Shown: piece by piece, positions 48,701-57,996 of the stretch
Position numbering within the stretch: position 1 is the first letter of the stretch
Layout of the letters: every line of letters starts with the position of its first letter
Source of the DNA: an uncultured Pseudomonadales bacterium
Lineage (GTDB): Bacteria > Patescibacteriota > Microgenomatia > UBA1400 > PJMF01
Direction of reading: 5' to 3'
Length of the DNA: 64,000 nucleotides
NCBI GenBank assembly: GCA_964457085.1
Contig: CAYWDM010000005.1
Coordinates: forward strand, 12,065-76,064
The notes under the pieces: model-generated
Database searches by the model: none
What the model saw: only the letters and a program-made list of their open reading frames with translations
What the model was told of the DNA's origin: nothing
Program-made: the position numbers and the translations under genes

Positions 48701-49535
48701 TCTCGATTGGAATGCCACTTTTATTCGCGAGGCCAACCAAAAAAGCATTAGTAATACGCTCAGACTCTAAACCAAGAGTGCGAATACTCTCAAAATTTTG
48801 TCTGACACTACGTTCCTGAGGTACTGGTTGAGTTTGTTGTTGATATTGTGTTTGTTCCTGGTCGTTGCTGCCCTCCTCACCACCATGGGCTTCTGTCTCA
48901 ACTGGTTGACTACCTCTGGGAACCTCTGAATCGACTGGGGCAATAAATGCTTCTCCGCGATCATCAGCAAGATCTAGTTGTAGTTCTTTGAGTGCTTCAG
49001 GATCTTCATTAAGTTCTCGTGCTACTTCAATTGCAACCTCGATATATGTCTCAAGTCGCTCTCTGAGTTCTCTATAATGTCCTTGACGATATTCAAGTAA
49101 AAACTCTTCTTGGCCGATGGTGATTAACTCTCTGGTTGCTTGAAACCTGATATGGGTAAAAAGGTCATTTTCAGCGGCAATTAATTTTCCAACTTTTGAA
49201 CCAGCTTCAGAATCAACATTGGCTTTTGAAAGTTGTTCGCCATCAAAGATGAGCTTGGCATGAATTTCATCTATGAGCTTGAAGATGTCTCCAATATAGA
49301 GATATCTTTCACGTTCAGTTTCACTACGATGCTGTCTAATTGCTAACGGCCATTGTTTGGGAGCTGCTTGAGGAAAATCTAAAGTTGGTACAAAAATTTG
49401 CTCTGGAGGTTCGTCTGGAGGCAGTATTTCGCTAACAAAAATTGTGGCATTTAAATCCGACAGGAACCGAACAATTTCTGAGTACGTAGCTCGCTCACCC
49501 AATCGCTTGAGGGTATGTGTCCCCGGTTCAACCAT
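45753..49535 (-). CDS. large membrane-anchored protein with C-terminal M23 (LytM) peptidase domain; PrgK/VirB1-like T4SS cell-wall hydrolase candidate
   Basis: M23 motifs HGRMD (HxxxD) and GLMGNTGNSSGSHLHYE (HxH); central Gly/Ala-rich multi-helix glycine-zipper block; Ala/Thr-rich linker; about 700-aa N-terminal cytoplasmic region. Confidence 0.7.
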   Translation of the reverse strand: MVEPGTHTLKRLGERATYSEIVRFLSDLNATIFVSEILPPDEPPEQIFVPTLDFPQAAPKQWPLAIRQHRSETERERYLYIGDIFKLIDEIHAKLIFDGEQLSKANVDSEAGSKVGKLIAAENDLFTHIRFQATRELITIGQEEFLLEYRQGHYRELRERLETYIEVAIEVARELNEDPEALKELQLDLADDRGEAFIAPVDSEVPRGSQPVETEAHGGEEGSNDQEQTQYQQQTQPVPQERSVRQNFESIRTLGLESERITNAFLVGLANKSGIPIEILRQELHDVVRFNVEKRVIERVGMEGLGDLYANPGLRLQILSDFRIGLYSDPRFSPALSSAVESAYRELKSKGDRTALLALHKKLEGAKNSDSDMAEFSNDVINNPIFGVRPDLAFAGGDSQSALLEACDSLAYFDSGNLSMQVHGITERIDALTANGKQPAFLDILSTDQFNQIFNTSLTPDEFKEFKGVLTIYWHLRRHEYITGGAKLEYGQYGVNPADRDELKKTTKEEFDKKHVQPVKNIISSAGSNGGYARDHVIAAGTGVGDDTKNPKNASTTENIYIKKLKLDIYNQEIWRSLKLQEQIAIYEHYYQNQYEADEIQRLLQSGHIPPNFCLGDVGEAQIVMAQNGINGRHLTFDEYSSAFDSVDTGLSPLASLRRRMAGKSGVVADAVQATGQIGDASNAAKKAIARSAGGAGKRAAKRAANQAGKTVAKTANKNLEKAFDKTIAKGSAALAGAALGMPGLGAAVGALPADVQDAIGKTIKYVGAGLAAGGLIMAALWGNVIMPAFTATGALIGGVTGFIVGGPIGAVIGTGVGAAVGTGVGWLTQHAGTISNSLSNTFGGTASTTMSSAATPGIAGNSFLPSLVSPTHAATATSTAAATTTTATAATGISTGMVATATQAVAGTAIGMVASVMITNGAFTAALLADFPSNQTNASDPDEKLSDYASLTKTIDTGCLDDKCPEITSGTQKVTYTITITPTGVGTCITITEINDIIKTRYSKKKYEELGRPVPTKPDKEKHLEDFVPPLSTDLTNPANTVCTGSSLTLTYEEEFDSSYNHSQITNTFEAIFYWKNATSEGNDNVMTGKSFCIGDCSMTAGCWPTTGVVSQAPFGSYSHGRMDAFDIAAPQGTPVYAPFPGTLCKANIDSGCGNHLTLQSAEGSFLFCHFSETYVNGCKEVDAGEVIGLMGNTGNSSGSHLHYEIARNGAFFRAGPPSELASIVPPSDECIKPITVPDEYKANVTSCYDKEPPACSNN

Positions 49536-49565
49536 ATTTTTTCATTATACCTGGAATCAACCCTC

Positions 49566-51383
49566 TCATACAAATGATGCAATGAAATTGCCTACCGACA
49601 CTGTTTGAGGTTTTGCAACGGGAAGTTCTTTTCGAGATGTACTCTCAGCATTTGCTGTTTTTTTATGTTTTCCAGATGAATCAACATCAGGTATTATTTG
49701 CTCTCCAGAGCTTTCAAGTTCGCATTTTAAACACAACCCACACTCTCCAACCCACATATCGTTTCCTTTACAACCAATACAGGTACTATGCTCCTGCCAT
49801 TTAATTGCTCTACCTTCACCAATTACTGCTGCGATATCTGATCGCGATAACGAGCCACCTCCTTGTAGGGTAAGACTATTAAACAGTTTTGCAGCACCAA
49901 AACCATTAATCGTACCAACTGAAACGCATTCTAGCAGTGAAGTATCAATCGATTTAATTGCCGCAGAAAAATTAAATACGTTGGCTGCTGTGCGAGAAAA
50001 AACCTCCTCGCTTTGATGGGCATGCTGATGATATAAGGCAAGTAGCTCTGGTAGTTGTGATCCACTCAGTTGTTCTTTGCTTAAAATTCCCGCAAGCACA
50101 ATTCTTTTGAGAAATAAACTGAGTTTGGTGACATCTGTTTCTCTGAGAGTTTTCTCATTAAACTCTTTTTGTAGTAACTCGATGACCAGTTTCGCATACC
50201 ATTCAATTGAACTATCCATTGAACTGAGCTGTTGTTTTTTCCACCATTCTTTCAGCCGCATCAAAGGACTTTGTTTGATAGCAATTCGATCAAAAACCAC
50301 TCTAGCCGGCTGTGTTTGCCACTCGTCTAGAGTCATCACTTGACTCATTATGTACTTTTCTGTGGTTTTAATTTCAGTTTCAGATAACTGCCGTTTTTTG
50401 ACAATTTGGCGTATGTTTTCTGGAATACTGCTACCTAATTTCTCCAAAACCTCCAAGTGGTCATGCCAGTGTGCTGCATAAAAACATTGGTCATGTAACA
50501 ACACCAATCGATTAATGCTGGGAATGAAGACTGGTTGTGTGACAACCAGCACACTCATATTTCCCTTGTGAATTTCAGATTGAGGCATTAAATATGCGAT
50601 TTTTTTACCCGCATAACAAGGCAAGTCGTGTGCTGGAAGTTCTAGTTTGCGAGCAGCTTCTACAGAAATGAGATTGTCTGCTGGTTTCCAACCAAATGCC
50701 GTATACACTTCTTGAGCACTGGGCCGCTGTGTGTCGACAGCCTCGACAATTGCATTTATGAGAGCATGGGGTGGCTGACCAGTAGTTAACAAAACACCCA
50801 GTTTTTCTATTAATGCGACAATTTGTTGGTGCTCAAGTTCAAAACGTCTTTTTTCCGCAGTTTCAGTCACACTAGTAATTGCGGTTCGACAAACCTCTTC
50901 AACATCCGGCCTCATTTGGTATATGTCATCATGCAGTTTGATTTCGCCGGTTTGTTTGAGGGAAATCGAGTACCCCAACGAGGTGTAGGGAGAAAACAAG
51001 CTTTCAGACAAGATTGCTCTGAAGTAGTACTGCAGTAATTTTTCTTGAGCACTTCTAGAGTGCAGCGGTACGACCTCACGAAGCAAAAAGTTAATGATCA
51101 TCACCAATCGATCGTTATTGTGGGGAATTTGTTGTACTTCTGCGTTTTTAGTGAGCTCAGGAGCAGATGAGTCTGGCATGGCCTCAGTGGCACCAATTGT
51201 CCCAGCCGGAGTCATCTCATGTCTATTCTTTGTCGGAATCGTGTCTGGTGGGGGAAGGAGAGGTGTTTGATGCGGTTTGGATTCAGCAACTTGAGTTTGT
51301 GCTAGATAGGCAGACAACCAGATGAGTATGGGACTAACTTCACTGTGGGAGGCAATGGCAGTTGCTTGTTGTTCAGCAGACAT
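49566..51383 (-). CDS. hypothetical protein with C-terminal Cys-rich zinc-finger
   Basis: 605 aa; C-terminal CIGCKGNDMWVGECGLCLKCE; internal AAHWHDHLEV stretch (HUH-like, see findings); no TM. Confidence 0.35.
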   Translation of the reverse strand: MSAEQQATAIASHSEVSPILIWLSAYLAQTQVAESKPHQTPLLPPPDTIPTKNRHEMTPAGTIGATEAMPDSSAPELTKNAEVQQIPHNNDRLVMIINFLLREVVPLHSRSAQEKLLQYYFRAILSESLFSPYTSLGYSISLKQTGEIKLHDDIYQMRPDVEEVCRTAITSVTETAEKRRFELEHQQIVALIEKLGVLLTTGQPPHALINAIVEAVDTQRPSAQEVYTAFGWKPADNLISVEAARKLELPAHDLPCYAGKKIAYLMPQSEIHKGNMSVLVVTQPVFIPSINRLVLLHDQCFYAAHWHDHLEVLEKLGSSIPENIRQIVKKRQLSETEIKTTEKYIMSQVMTLDEWQTQPARVVFDRIAIKQSPLMRLKEWWKKQQLSSMDSSIEWYAKLVIELLQKEFNEKTLRETDVTKLSLFLKRIVLAGILSKEQLSGSQLPELLALYHQHAHQSEEVFSRTAANVFNFSAAIKSIDTSLLECVSVGTINGFGAAKLFNSLTLQGGGSLSRSDIAAVIGEGRAIKWQEHSTCIGCKGNDMWVGECGLCLKCELESSGEQIIPDVDSSGKHKKTANAESTSRKELPVAKPQTVSVGNFIASFV

Positions 51384-51696
51384 CTTGCGTCCTGCGTAGT
51401 GAGCAGAAGCGCGTGCTGGCTGTATCCAAAAAAGATGGAGAGTTTGGTATGTCGATGCTCGTCATGATATATAGTCAAACTCGTATCGGACTTTCCTGAA
51501 TCTTTGCTATATTGCCAGATTCAGTTTACCGTTGCGGCACAGTCCCTGAATTACACAGGGTTCCGAGATTGCTCGTTGCAGTATAGTTTGATTTGTTGAC
51601 TGACACAAGCAATGACAGTTACATATTTGAAGAAGTTTGCATGCTGACACTTGGCTTCATTAGCTTCAATTCCCAGAGGTTTAATGATAAAATACC

Positions 51697-54600
51697 GTGA
51701 TGTCTGAAATCAGAGGACCAGATCAGCTTGAAGCCGCGATTCGTTTTTCAGTCAGGAAAATTGAACAAAAATTTGGCGGCATGGGCGCAATCAGCGTTGA
51801 GATTGCTGACGTGGCAGGATTAACTGCCCAAATCGAAGAGATCAAAACTTCAATACGTGAAGCAGTGGCAGTTTTACAGGAGTTAGAAAATCAAAACACA
51901 GATGGTAGTCAGACTGAGTTAATTCTTGATTTAGGACAGCAGCTATATAACTTGCGTTTAAGCACAGTACACTTTTTTCTATCCGCATTAGAAAGTGAAG
52001 TCCAGCTAGGAAGCACCCCCCCTGAATTTGGCGATGCGATTGCCGTTGTTCGCGATCATTTGTTGCTAGATAAGACATTTATGAACTCTGCTGACAGGGC
52101 TCAGTTTGCAGGAAGAGTTCAAGCACTCAATGGAGTATTGAGACCGGAAGCTCCGCAACCTGTAGTACAAGCTAAAGAAAGCAAAGTGCCTGCTGAAGTT
52201 GCCCTGGCAATTGATGATTTTAACTCAGCACTGAACACACTTGATGCAGCCGCAAATGACGCTACTTTTTCACCTCAAACAGCATACTTAGCAGCTCCAA
52301 ATGCTTACGCTTTTTTGGTAAACCAACAGCAAACACTTGATGCGGAAATTGAAGATTGGATGGAAAATTTTGCTAGTAACAGCAATCATGAACTTGAGGA
52401 AACTAGAGCACACAAAAAAGTTGAAGCATTTGCGGCCAGACGGATTGCCCTTAACGAGAAATTACTGAAAAAAGATCCAAAATATATCGCCCTCAGAACC
52501 AGAGCGGACCAATTAATTGTAGATGTAGCTGGCGGAACGATTCACATTGATGGAACTCAGGATGTAAGTGCTTTTATTGGTGAGTTGAATATCTTAGTTA
52601 TCGATGCTCAGACAATTGCAGCAATAAACGCTGACGCAAAGTCGGTGTTGGTTAACCTCACCAAAGACGTCGCATTGCTAATTGATAAGCTGCAGTATGC
52701 TCAGTGGCTACGTGATTTGGAAACAACACATGCTGAGCTCCGAACCCTAGCTGCCAGAATTGGTAGTGTCGTCATTCCATTCATTGGTAATCCAACAGCA
52801 ACCAGAGATGGATTAAGAACTGAGCTGGCTGCCGCTAGAGCAGCAACTCAAGCGGTTGGATATGACCAACAGCGCACCAATCATTTAGACACAACATATT
52901 TTAAACCTGGAGACAACTTATTAGCCAAACTTGATAAAGCAGTTGTGGTGTATGAACAAGAACAGGCGATTGCTGCGTTTGACGCCAATGTTGCTCCACT
53001 CAGGGGAGCAATTGCAGCAGTTCCTCCAAGTCGAGGTGCGTTGAATAAAGTTCAAATTGAGGCCTTGTCTGCAACGTTGGAAACGACACACCATGCCGCA
53101 GAAATCGCTGGCCATCTTTCAAAAAAGCCAGATATGATTCCGCCCATATCATCAGCCATCGACGATATTCTTCGTCAGCTAATTGAGGCACGTTCCAGAC
53201 TCAAAAAATTCTTAGAGGAGGCTATAAAACCCAAAGAGGTCGCTGATCTAACCATTGAAGAACTCGCTAGAGAATTACTCGATTCTGATATTCCAATTGA
53301 AAACCGTGGTGACGCCCTGAAGTTCATGGGTCGTGAGCGGTTGTTGGCCCAAGCATATTACGAGCGAATTGGTTCAGTTGATCATCGCGATCCCACAAAA
53401 CTTGGAATCCTGCAATGGAAAGCAAGAATTGTCATGAATCGATTTGATGACGCAGTTACCTACGAAGAGGCTGCTTCAGGTGACGTGACTTCACTTGAAA
53501 AAAGAGGTGATAAGGCACAGGGTGGTTTGCTGACTTTAGTTATGCCTCGTGAGCAGATCATGGCAGCCACTACTGAGAATCCTAAATATGGGTGGCAGAT
53601 CAAATTTATTTTGCGTCACATAATTGAGACTGCAGCATTGAGATATAAGGGTCCTGGACAAGCAGAAAAACTAGTGCGTCGTAATGCCAAAAAAGTAGTT
53701 GTCCCAGATGGAGTTAATTTGCAAGCCGACGACATGATTATTGGCAAACTGCCCAATGGAGACAGACAGGTGTTAAGAGGAGGACAAGAGGTTGTTTTGG
53801 CAGCGAATGAAGCACCTTTGGCAGTTGCGCCAACTGCAGGTAGATATAAAGACCATGTGGTTCGTCGGGGTATGGAGGGTCGTTCATATGTTGATCTTTC
53901 AGGTCAGGGTGGTAGAAAATATCTCCTCGACGTGATGATTAATGAAGCAATTGCAACATTGCCACCTGGTATGGAAATCGACCCAGATGACTACGACTTT
54001 ATCAAAAACATCTGTCATAACGAATTTGTTGTCTTCGATATGCTTTCTATTTCACTGGCACAGGCTCAACAGCGAACACAAACACGCGCACATAACAATG
54101 AGTTGACTGACATTAATCGAATTGCGTTCCTTAACCCACTTGCTGACTCAGTTCACAGTACTTTCCGATACGACAACCCACATTATTTCGGCAACTGGAT
54201 TCTATTCTTATATCCAGAGTTGCCAGAAAACGGTTTTTTTGGAAAAGGAGGTAAGGCTGAAAAGACGAACGAGTTGAGAGATCTTGAGATACTCTTTCTC
54301 GAAACATTCTTTGACACCTCGCAGCTTACCGGTAAGTTACCACTACCTGGATTCTGTGAAGGTTTGTTCCCGAGTACGTATGACATGATCACCCTCAACC
54401 CTTCAAAGAAGGGTGCAAATGGTAGTGAATCTGTCCAATATGGCAATGACTTTTTTGATAAACAGGGAAATCCTGTTGGTAAACAAGATCAGGCAAGTTT
54501 TGTAAACTACTACACCGCTCAGGCAGGCTGGAAGACGTTTATTGAAAAGGTGTATCAAGAATTGGCCATGGTTAGTTATGACCAGATTGCTGAACAGTCA

Positions 54601-55158
54601 AAGGCTGGAGCTAAGGGTGGTTTCTTCCAGGAAATTATTTCTGTTGACTTGGGTAAAGCAAAAATGTTTGATGGACCTCATATGCATGAGGCTATGCCAC
54701 TACTGCTCACATTTTTGATTTATAGAATATTTAGTTCATATAAAGGCACTTCTCCTGATGCCAGAAAAGATTTGTTTGATAATGTAGTTAAGACTTTGCT
54801 TGAAAGTCGTAATGGTGGTGGATTGCAAGACTATAAGGATGAAATCAACCAAGTGTTACGAAGTATTAGTAAGCCTGGAAGTGGTGCTGGCGACAAATGG
54901 GAAATGGGCGAGTACCTCTTGCCTCAAGGATATGGATATCGATTTAAAGAGCGAGTTAGATATCTTGAAGCAATGTGGGAGGAGGAACATCCAGGTAAGA
55001 CATTCCCAGTTACTCTAAACATCACTCAGAGTAAGATACTTAGTTTCTCACCTTCACCTGAAGCTTTAGAGATTGTTGAGATGCTGAATAAAGAAAAACA
55101 ATTGAAAGCACCATTCAACCGTGGCGGACAAATGATTCAAGTAAAAGAAGAGAAGTAG
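51697..55158 (+). CDS. large (1153 aa) cytoplasmic hypothetical protein with N-terminal coiled-coil
   Basis: Intact ORF with no TM or signal peptide; transcribed divergently from the T4SS-side genes. Confidence 0.4.
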   Translation: MMSEIRGPDQLEAAIRFSVRKIEQKFGGMGAISVEIADVAGLTAQIEEIKTSIREAVAVLQELENQNTDGSQTELILDLGQQLYNLRLSTVHFFLSALESEVQLGSTPPEFGDAIAVVRDHLLLDKTFMNSADRAQFAGRVQALNGVLRPEAPQPVVQAKESKVPAEVALAIDDFNSALNTLDAAANDATFSPQTAYLAAPNAYAFLVNQQQTLDAEIEDWMENFASNSNHELEETRAHKKVEAFAARRIALNEKLLKKDPKYIALRTRADQLIVDVAGGTIHIDGTQDVSAFIGELNILVIDAQTIAAINADAKSVLVNLTKDVALLIDKLQYAQWLRDLETTHAELRTLAARIGSVVIPFIGNPTATRDGLRTELAAARAATQAVGYDQQRTNHLDTTYFKPGDNLLAKLDKAVVVYEQEQAIAAFDANVAPLRGAIAAVPPSRGALNKVQIEALSATLETTHHAAEIAGHLSKKPDMIPPISSAIDDILRQLIEARSRLKKFLEEAIKPKEVADLTIEELARELLDSDIPIENRGDALKFMGRERLLAQAYYERIGSVDHRDPTKLGILQWKARIVMNRFDDAVTYEEAASGDVTSLEKRGDKAQGGLLTLVMPREQIMAATTENPKYGWQIKFILRHIIETAALRYKGPGQAEKLVRRNAKKVVVPDGVNLQADDMIIGKLPNGDRQVLRGGQEVVLAANEAPLAVAPTAGRYKDHVVRRGMEGRSYVDLSGQGGRKYLLDVMINEAIATLPPGMEIDPDDYDFIKNICHNEFVVFDMLSISLAQAQQRTQTRAHNNELTDINRIAFLNPLADSVHSTFRYDNPHYFGNWILFLYPELPENGFFGKGGKAEKTNELRDLEILFLETFFDTSQLTGKLPLPGFCEGLFPSTYDMITLNPSKKGANGSESVQYGNDFFDKQGNPVGKQDQASFVNYYTAQAGWKTFIEKVYQELAMVSYDQIAEQSKAGAKGGFFQEIISVDLGKAKMFDGPHMHEAMPLLLTFLIYRIFSSYKGTSPDARKDLFDNVVKTLLESRNGGGLQDYKDEINQVLRSISKPGSGAGDKWEMGEYLLPQGYGYRFKERVRYLEAMWEEEHPGKTFPVTLNITQSKILSFSPSPEALEIVEMLNKEKQLKAPFNRGGQMIQVKEEK

Positions 55159-55277
55159 AAGTTAGTGGCTACTGGTAACTTTCACAGTTTCTGTTTCAGT
55201 TGTGGATCCAAAAAACCAATCCAATTGAGAATAATTCACAATAATTAAGAACGGTAACGCTTCTTGAATCCTGAATG

Positions 55278-56987
55278 TTAGGCGCCGGTATTCACCTGTG
55301 TTGGTTTGGCTACTTGATGTTTCTCTTTCTTGTCTTCTAAGAAAGCACTAAACATCTTTGCTGGGTCTTCAGCATCAAGTATGCGACCTTCTTTTGTACG
55401 ATCAATAGTTTTACGCATTGATTGACCACGGTCGTAACCAACTTTGCCCCATCTCTTGACACCACCTCGAAGAATTGAGTTGCCATCTCTATCTTGAGAA
55501 TATGGTGACTCACCAGTTTTTGCAGCTCTACCAAGGTCTCTCCAGTTGAATGCTTTGCTGAAGTTCTTTGTTTTGCGTGCGTCGTTGAGATAATTACCAG
55601 CACCATATAGTCCACCTGCAGCTCCGCCAGCCATGCCTCCAAGTACTGGCAATGCAACCTCACCCTGGCCCCAGTTCTTAACCATTGAATTGCCGAGCTG
55701 CTCAAAGACACTACCTTTAACGCCCACAGCTTTTTTCATTTCCACGATCAACTCTGGCATGATCAAAATAATACCGACGCCGACAAGAGTACTAATAGTT
55801 CCTGCTACGCCACGACCAATTAAAAATGGAGGTAAAAATCCACCTGTATCAAGTTGTGTGGCAGCGAACATTCTATAAATAATGATGATTAACAAGGTAG
55901 TTGGGAAGGCCAATAAATTACCGGTGAGGTTTACGATCCACTCTTTAAATGCATTGTGTCCTGGCAATGCACCCATCATTAAAATCAGAGGTGCAAAAGC
56001 AATGCTCAGAACAATAGTGATGTAGGTTTTGAGTAGTTCAAAAAAGAGCTTGAAGACTGCAATCAGTACCGCAACTGCCATGATAACTGCAGCCGTTAGA
56101 CCTGAAAGCCAACCGATAGCATCGCCAATACCATCCATGTTGATTGCGGCTTTAACCACATCATCAACATTGTCCCAAACAGCGGTGGTGGCTTTAACTC
56201 CGGCTCCATTTTGACCAGATAATACACTCCATCCAAGGTCAAAAATACTGTATTGCATGATGTCTTGAGCACTTGAGGCAGAGAACATGCCTACCAGCAG
56301 ATACATTACTAAATACATTAAATCGATCATTAAGCCAGCAATAGCATAGGAAAAGGTAACAAAAATTAGTGAAACCACAATATTTGGAATTGCCTGCTGC
56401 ATGGTAACCGCAGTTTGGCCGATTTTTTGACGGAACATGATCATGAAACCAATGACGAGAAACAAAATCACAAAAATGAGGTAGGCGAGGTTGCGAAATA
56501 ACTTCCAGACTTCGAGCACTGGATCTAGAGCTGCAAAGCCTAAGCCTTGAGCCTGTGCTTGTGGAATGATGTGAGCTGTATTTAATAAATCAGCCACATA
56601 CGTAACTGAGCTAGCTGGTGGAGTGTATAAAGCTACGATACCTTCCGTAAATGAGCCGAGGGCACCGCCTTTGCCATATCGAGCAACCATTCGAGCTCGA
56701 TCTTCTGGAGGTAATGCAGCCAAGCCACTTTTGCTTGGCCCTAACATATGGAGAATTCCTACTGATGCATTGTCAATATATAGTGATCCTGCAAGGTGTC
56801 GAAGATTGGCAAATCCTTTTTCACCTTCGTTCTCGGCGTCTAATTGGGCATCAGAGTTTTTGTTGGCGTCATTTTTGCCAAACCAATCATCCCAAATTGA
56901 AGCATGTGCCGATGTTGGTGCCGCCAAGAATAAAATAGTGGTGAATACTACGATGGTTAAAAAATGGAATAACCTTGTCCGGCGCAT
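55278..56987 (-). CDS. VirB6/TrbL-like polytopic membrane protein
   Basis: Signal peptide, about 130-aa extracytoplasmic domain, then six to seven TM helices and a Gly/Lys/Arg-rich cytoplasmic tail; architecture typical of VirB6/TrbL. Confidence 0.45.
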   Translation of the reverse strand: MRRTRLFHFLTIVVFTTILFLAAPTSAHASIWDDWFGKNDANKNSDAQLDAENEGEKGFANLRHLAGSLYIDNASVGILHMLGPSKSGLAALPPEDRARMVARYGKGGALGSFTEGIVALYTPPASSVTYVADLLNTAHIIPQAQAQGLGFAALDPVLEVWKLFRNLAYLIFVILFLVIGFMIMFRQKIGQTAVTMQQAIPNIVVSLIFVTFSYAIAGLMIDLMYLVMYLLVGMFSASSAQDIMQYSIFDLGWSVLSGQNGAGVKATTAVWDNVDDVVKAAINMDGIGDAIGWLSGLTAAVIMAVAVLIAVFKLFFELLKTYITIVLSIAFAPLILMMGALPGHNAFKEWIVNLTGNLLAFPTTLLIIIIYRMFAATQLDTGGFLPPFLIGRGVAGTISTLVGVGIILIMPELIVEMKKAVGVKGSVFEQLGNSMVKNWGQGEVALPVLGGMAGGAAGGLYGAGNYLNDARKTKNFSKAFNWRDLGRAAKTGESPYSQDRDGNSILRGGVKRWGKVGYDRGQSMRKTIDRTKEGRILDAEDPAKMFSAFLEDKKEKHQVAKPTQVNTGA

Positions 56988-57132
56988 ACATATATTCTAT
57001 CTGATCAATGTCCACACAGCAATCCGATGTTGCTATTAGATTTAAGCTAACCTTGCACTTTGGTGCGGTTTCCAGTACAAATAAATCAAACTAGTACGAA
57101 AGTTGCCTTAGTAGCACTTTTTTAACCACTTT

Positions 57133-57960
57133 ATGACGGAAGAGCTAGAGCGTTTAGCTCAATTATTACAACCTGCTAAAACTGTCCTAATCATAGTGGG
57201 TGAGTCTGCAAATTTTGAACAGTTGGCAACTGCATTGGCCTTGACCCAGACAATACAATCCGCAGGCAAAGAAGTGCAGGTTTGTTGTCCTGTCTTGCCG
57301 ACTCAATTACAGATTGTTCCTGAACATTTAGCCTTGATTTCAAGACTTGAGTTGGTTTCAAACTCACTTGGCAAACAAAATTTGATTATTAGCTTTGATT
57401 ACGTGGAGTCTGCTGTAGACAAAGTGAGCTATGCGATTAGTCAAGACAATAAGAAATTCTTTCTCACTATAAAACCACAGGCTGGTGCTAAACCACTAAA
57501 TGCAGAGTCAATTGGTTTTGAATATGCCGGAACTTCAGCCGATTTGATTTTCTTGTTGGGAGTTCACGACTTATCCAGTTTAAGACAACTGTATTTTGGA
57601 TATGAAGAAATGTACGTCAACACACCTATTATTACTATCAACAATTCAAAACCAGATTTCAGCCATATTCACTTCAATGTTGCGGACGTAAGTTGCTATG
57701 CCGAGATGGCAACCATGATGCTTGGCGGATTACAACTCGATATTGCGGGAGAGTCCGCAACTTTATTGTATGCAGGCATGGCATTGGCCACCAAATCATT
57801 TTCAGCTGCAAAAGTACAAGCCAATTCATTTGAGATTGCAGCTGAGCTGCTTCGACGTGGTGCAAGACGACCAAAAGAGCTGCAGTTAATACAGTCAAAC
57901 AATCAAACTCCGAACAACTCAGGCAAAAAAGACTACAAAAATAATTCGAGACAGAAATAA
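57133..57960 (+). CDS. DHH-like (NrnA-like) protein with degenerate catalytic motifs
   Basis: VLIIVGESANFEQLATALALTQTIQSAGKEV aligns with the NrnA N-terminus, but the DHH-family H-x-x-P-D-G-D motif is replaced (GESANFE). Confidence 0.3.
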   Translation: MTEELERLAQLLQPAKTVLIIVGESANFEQLATALALTQTIQSAGKEVQVCCPVLPTQLQIVPEHLALISRLELVSNSLGKQNLIISFDYVESAVDKVSYAISQDNKKFFLTIKPQAGAKPLNAESIGFEYAGTSADLIFLLGVHDLSSLRQLYFGYEEMYVNTPIITINNSKPDFSHIHFNVADVSCYAEMATMMLGGLQLDIAGESATLLYAGMALATKSFSAAKVQANSFEIAAELLRRGARRPKELQLIQSNNQTPNNSGKKDYKNNSRQK

Positions 57961-57996
57961 ACCCATTCTGGGATTTTCTAGAAATTTCTTCGCAAG

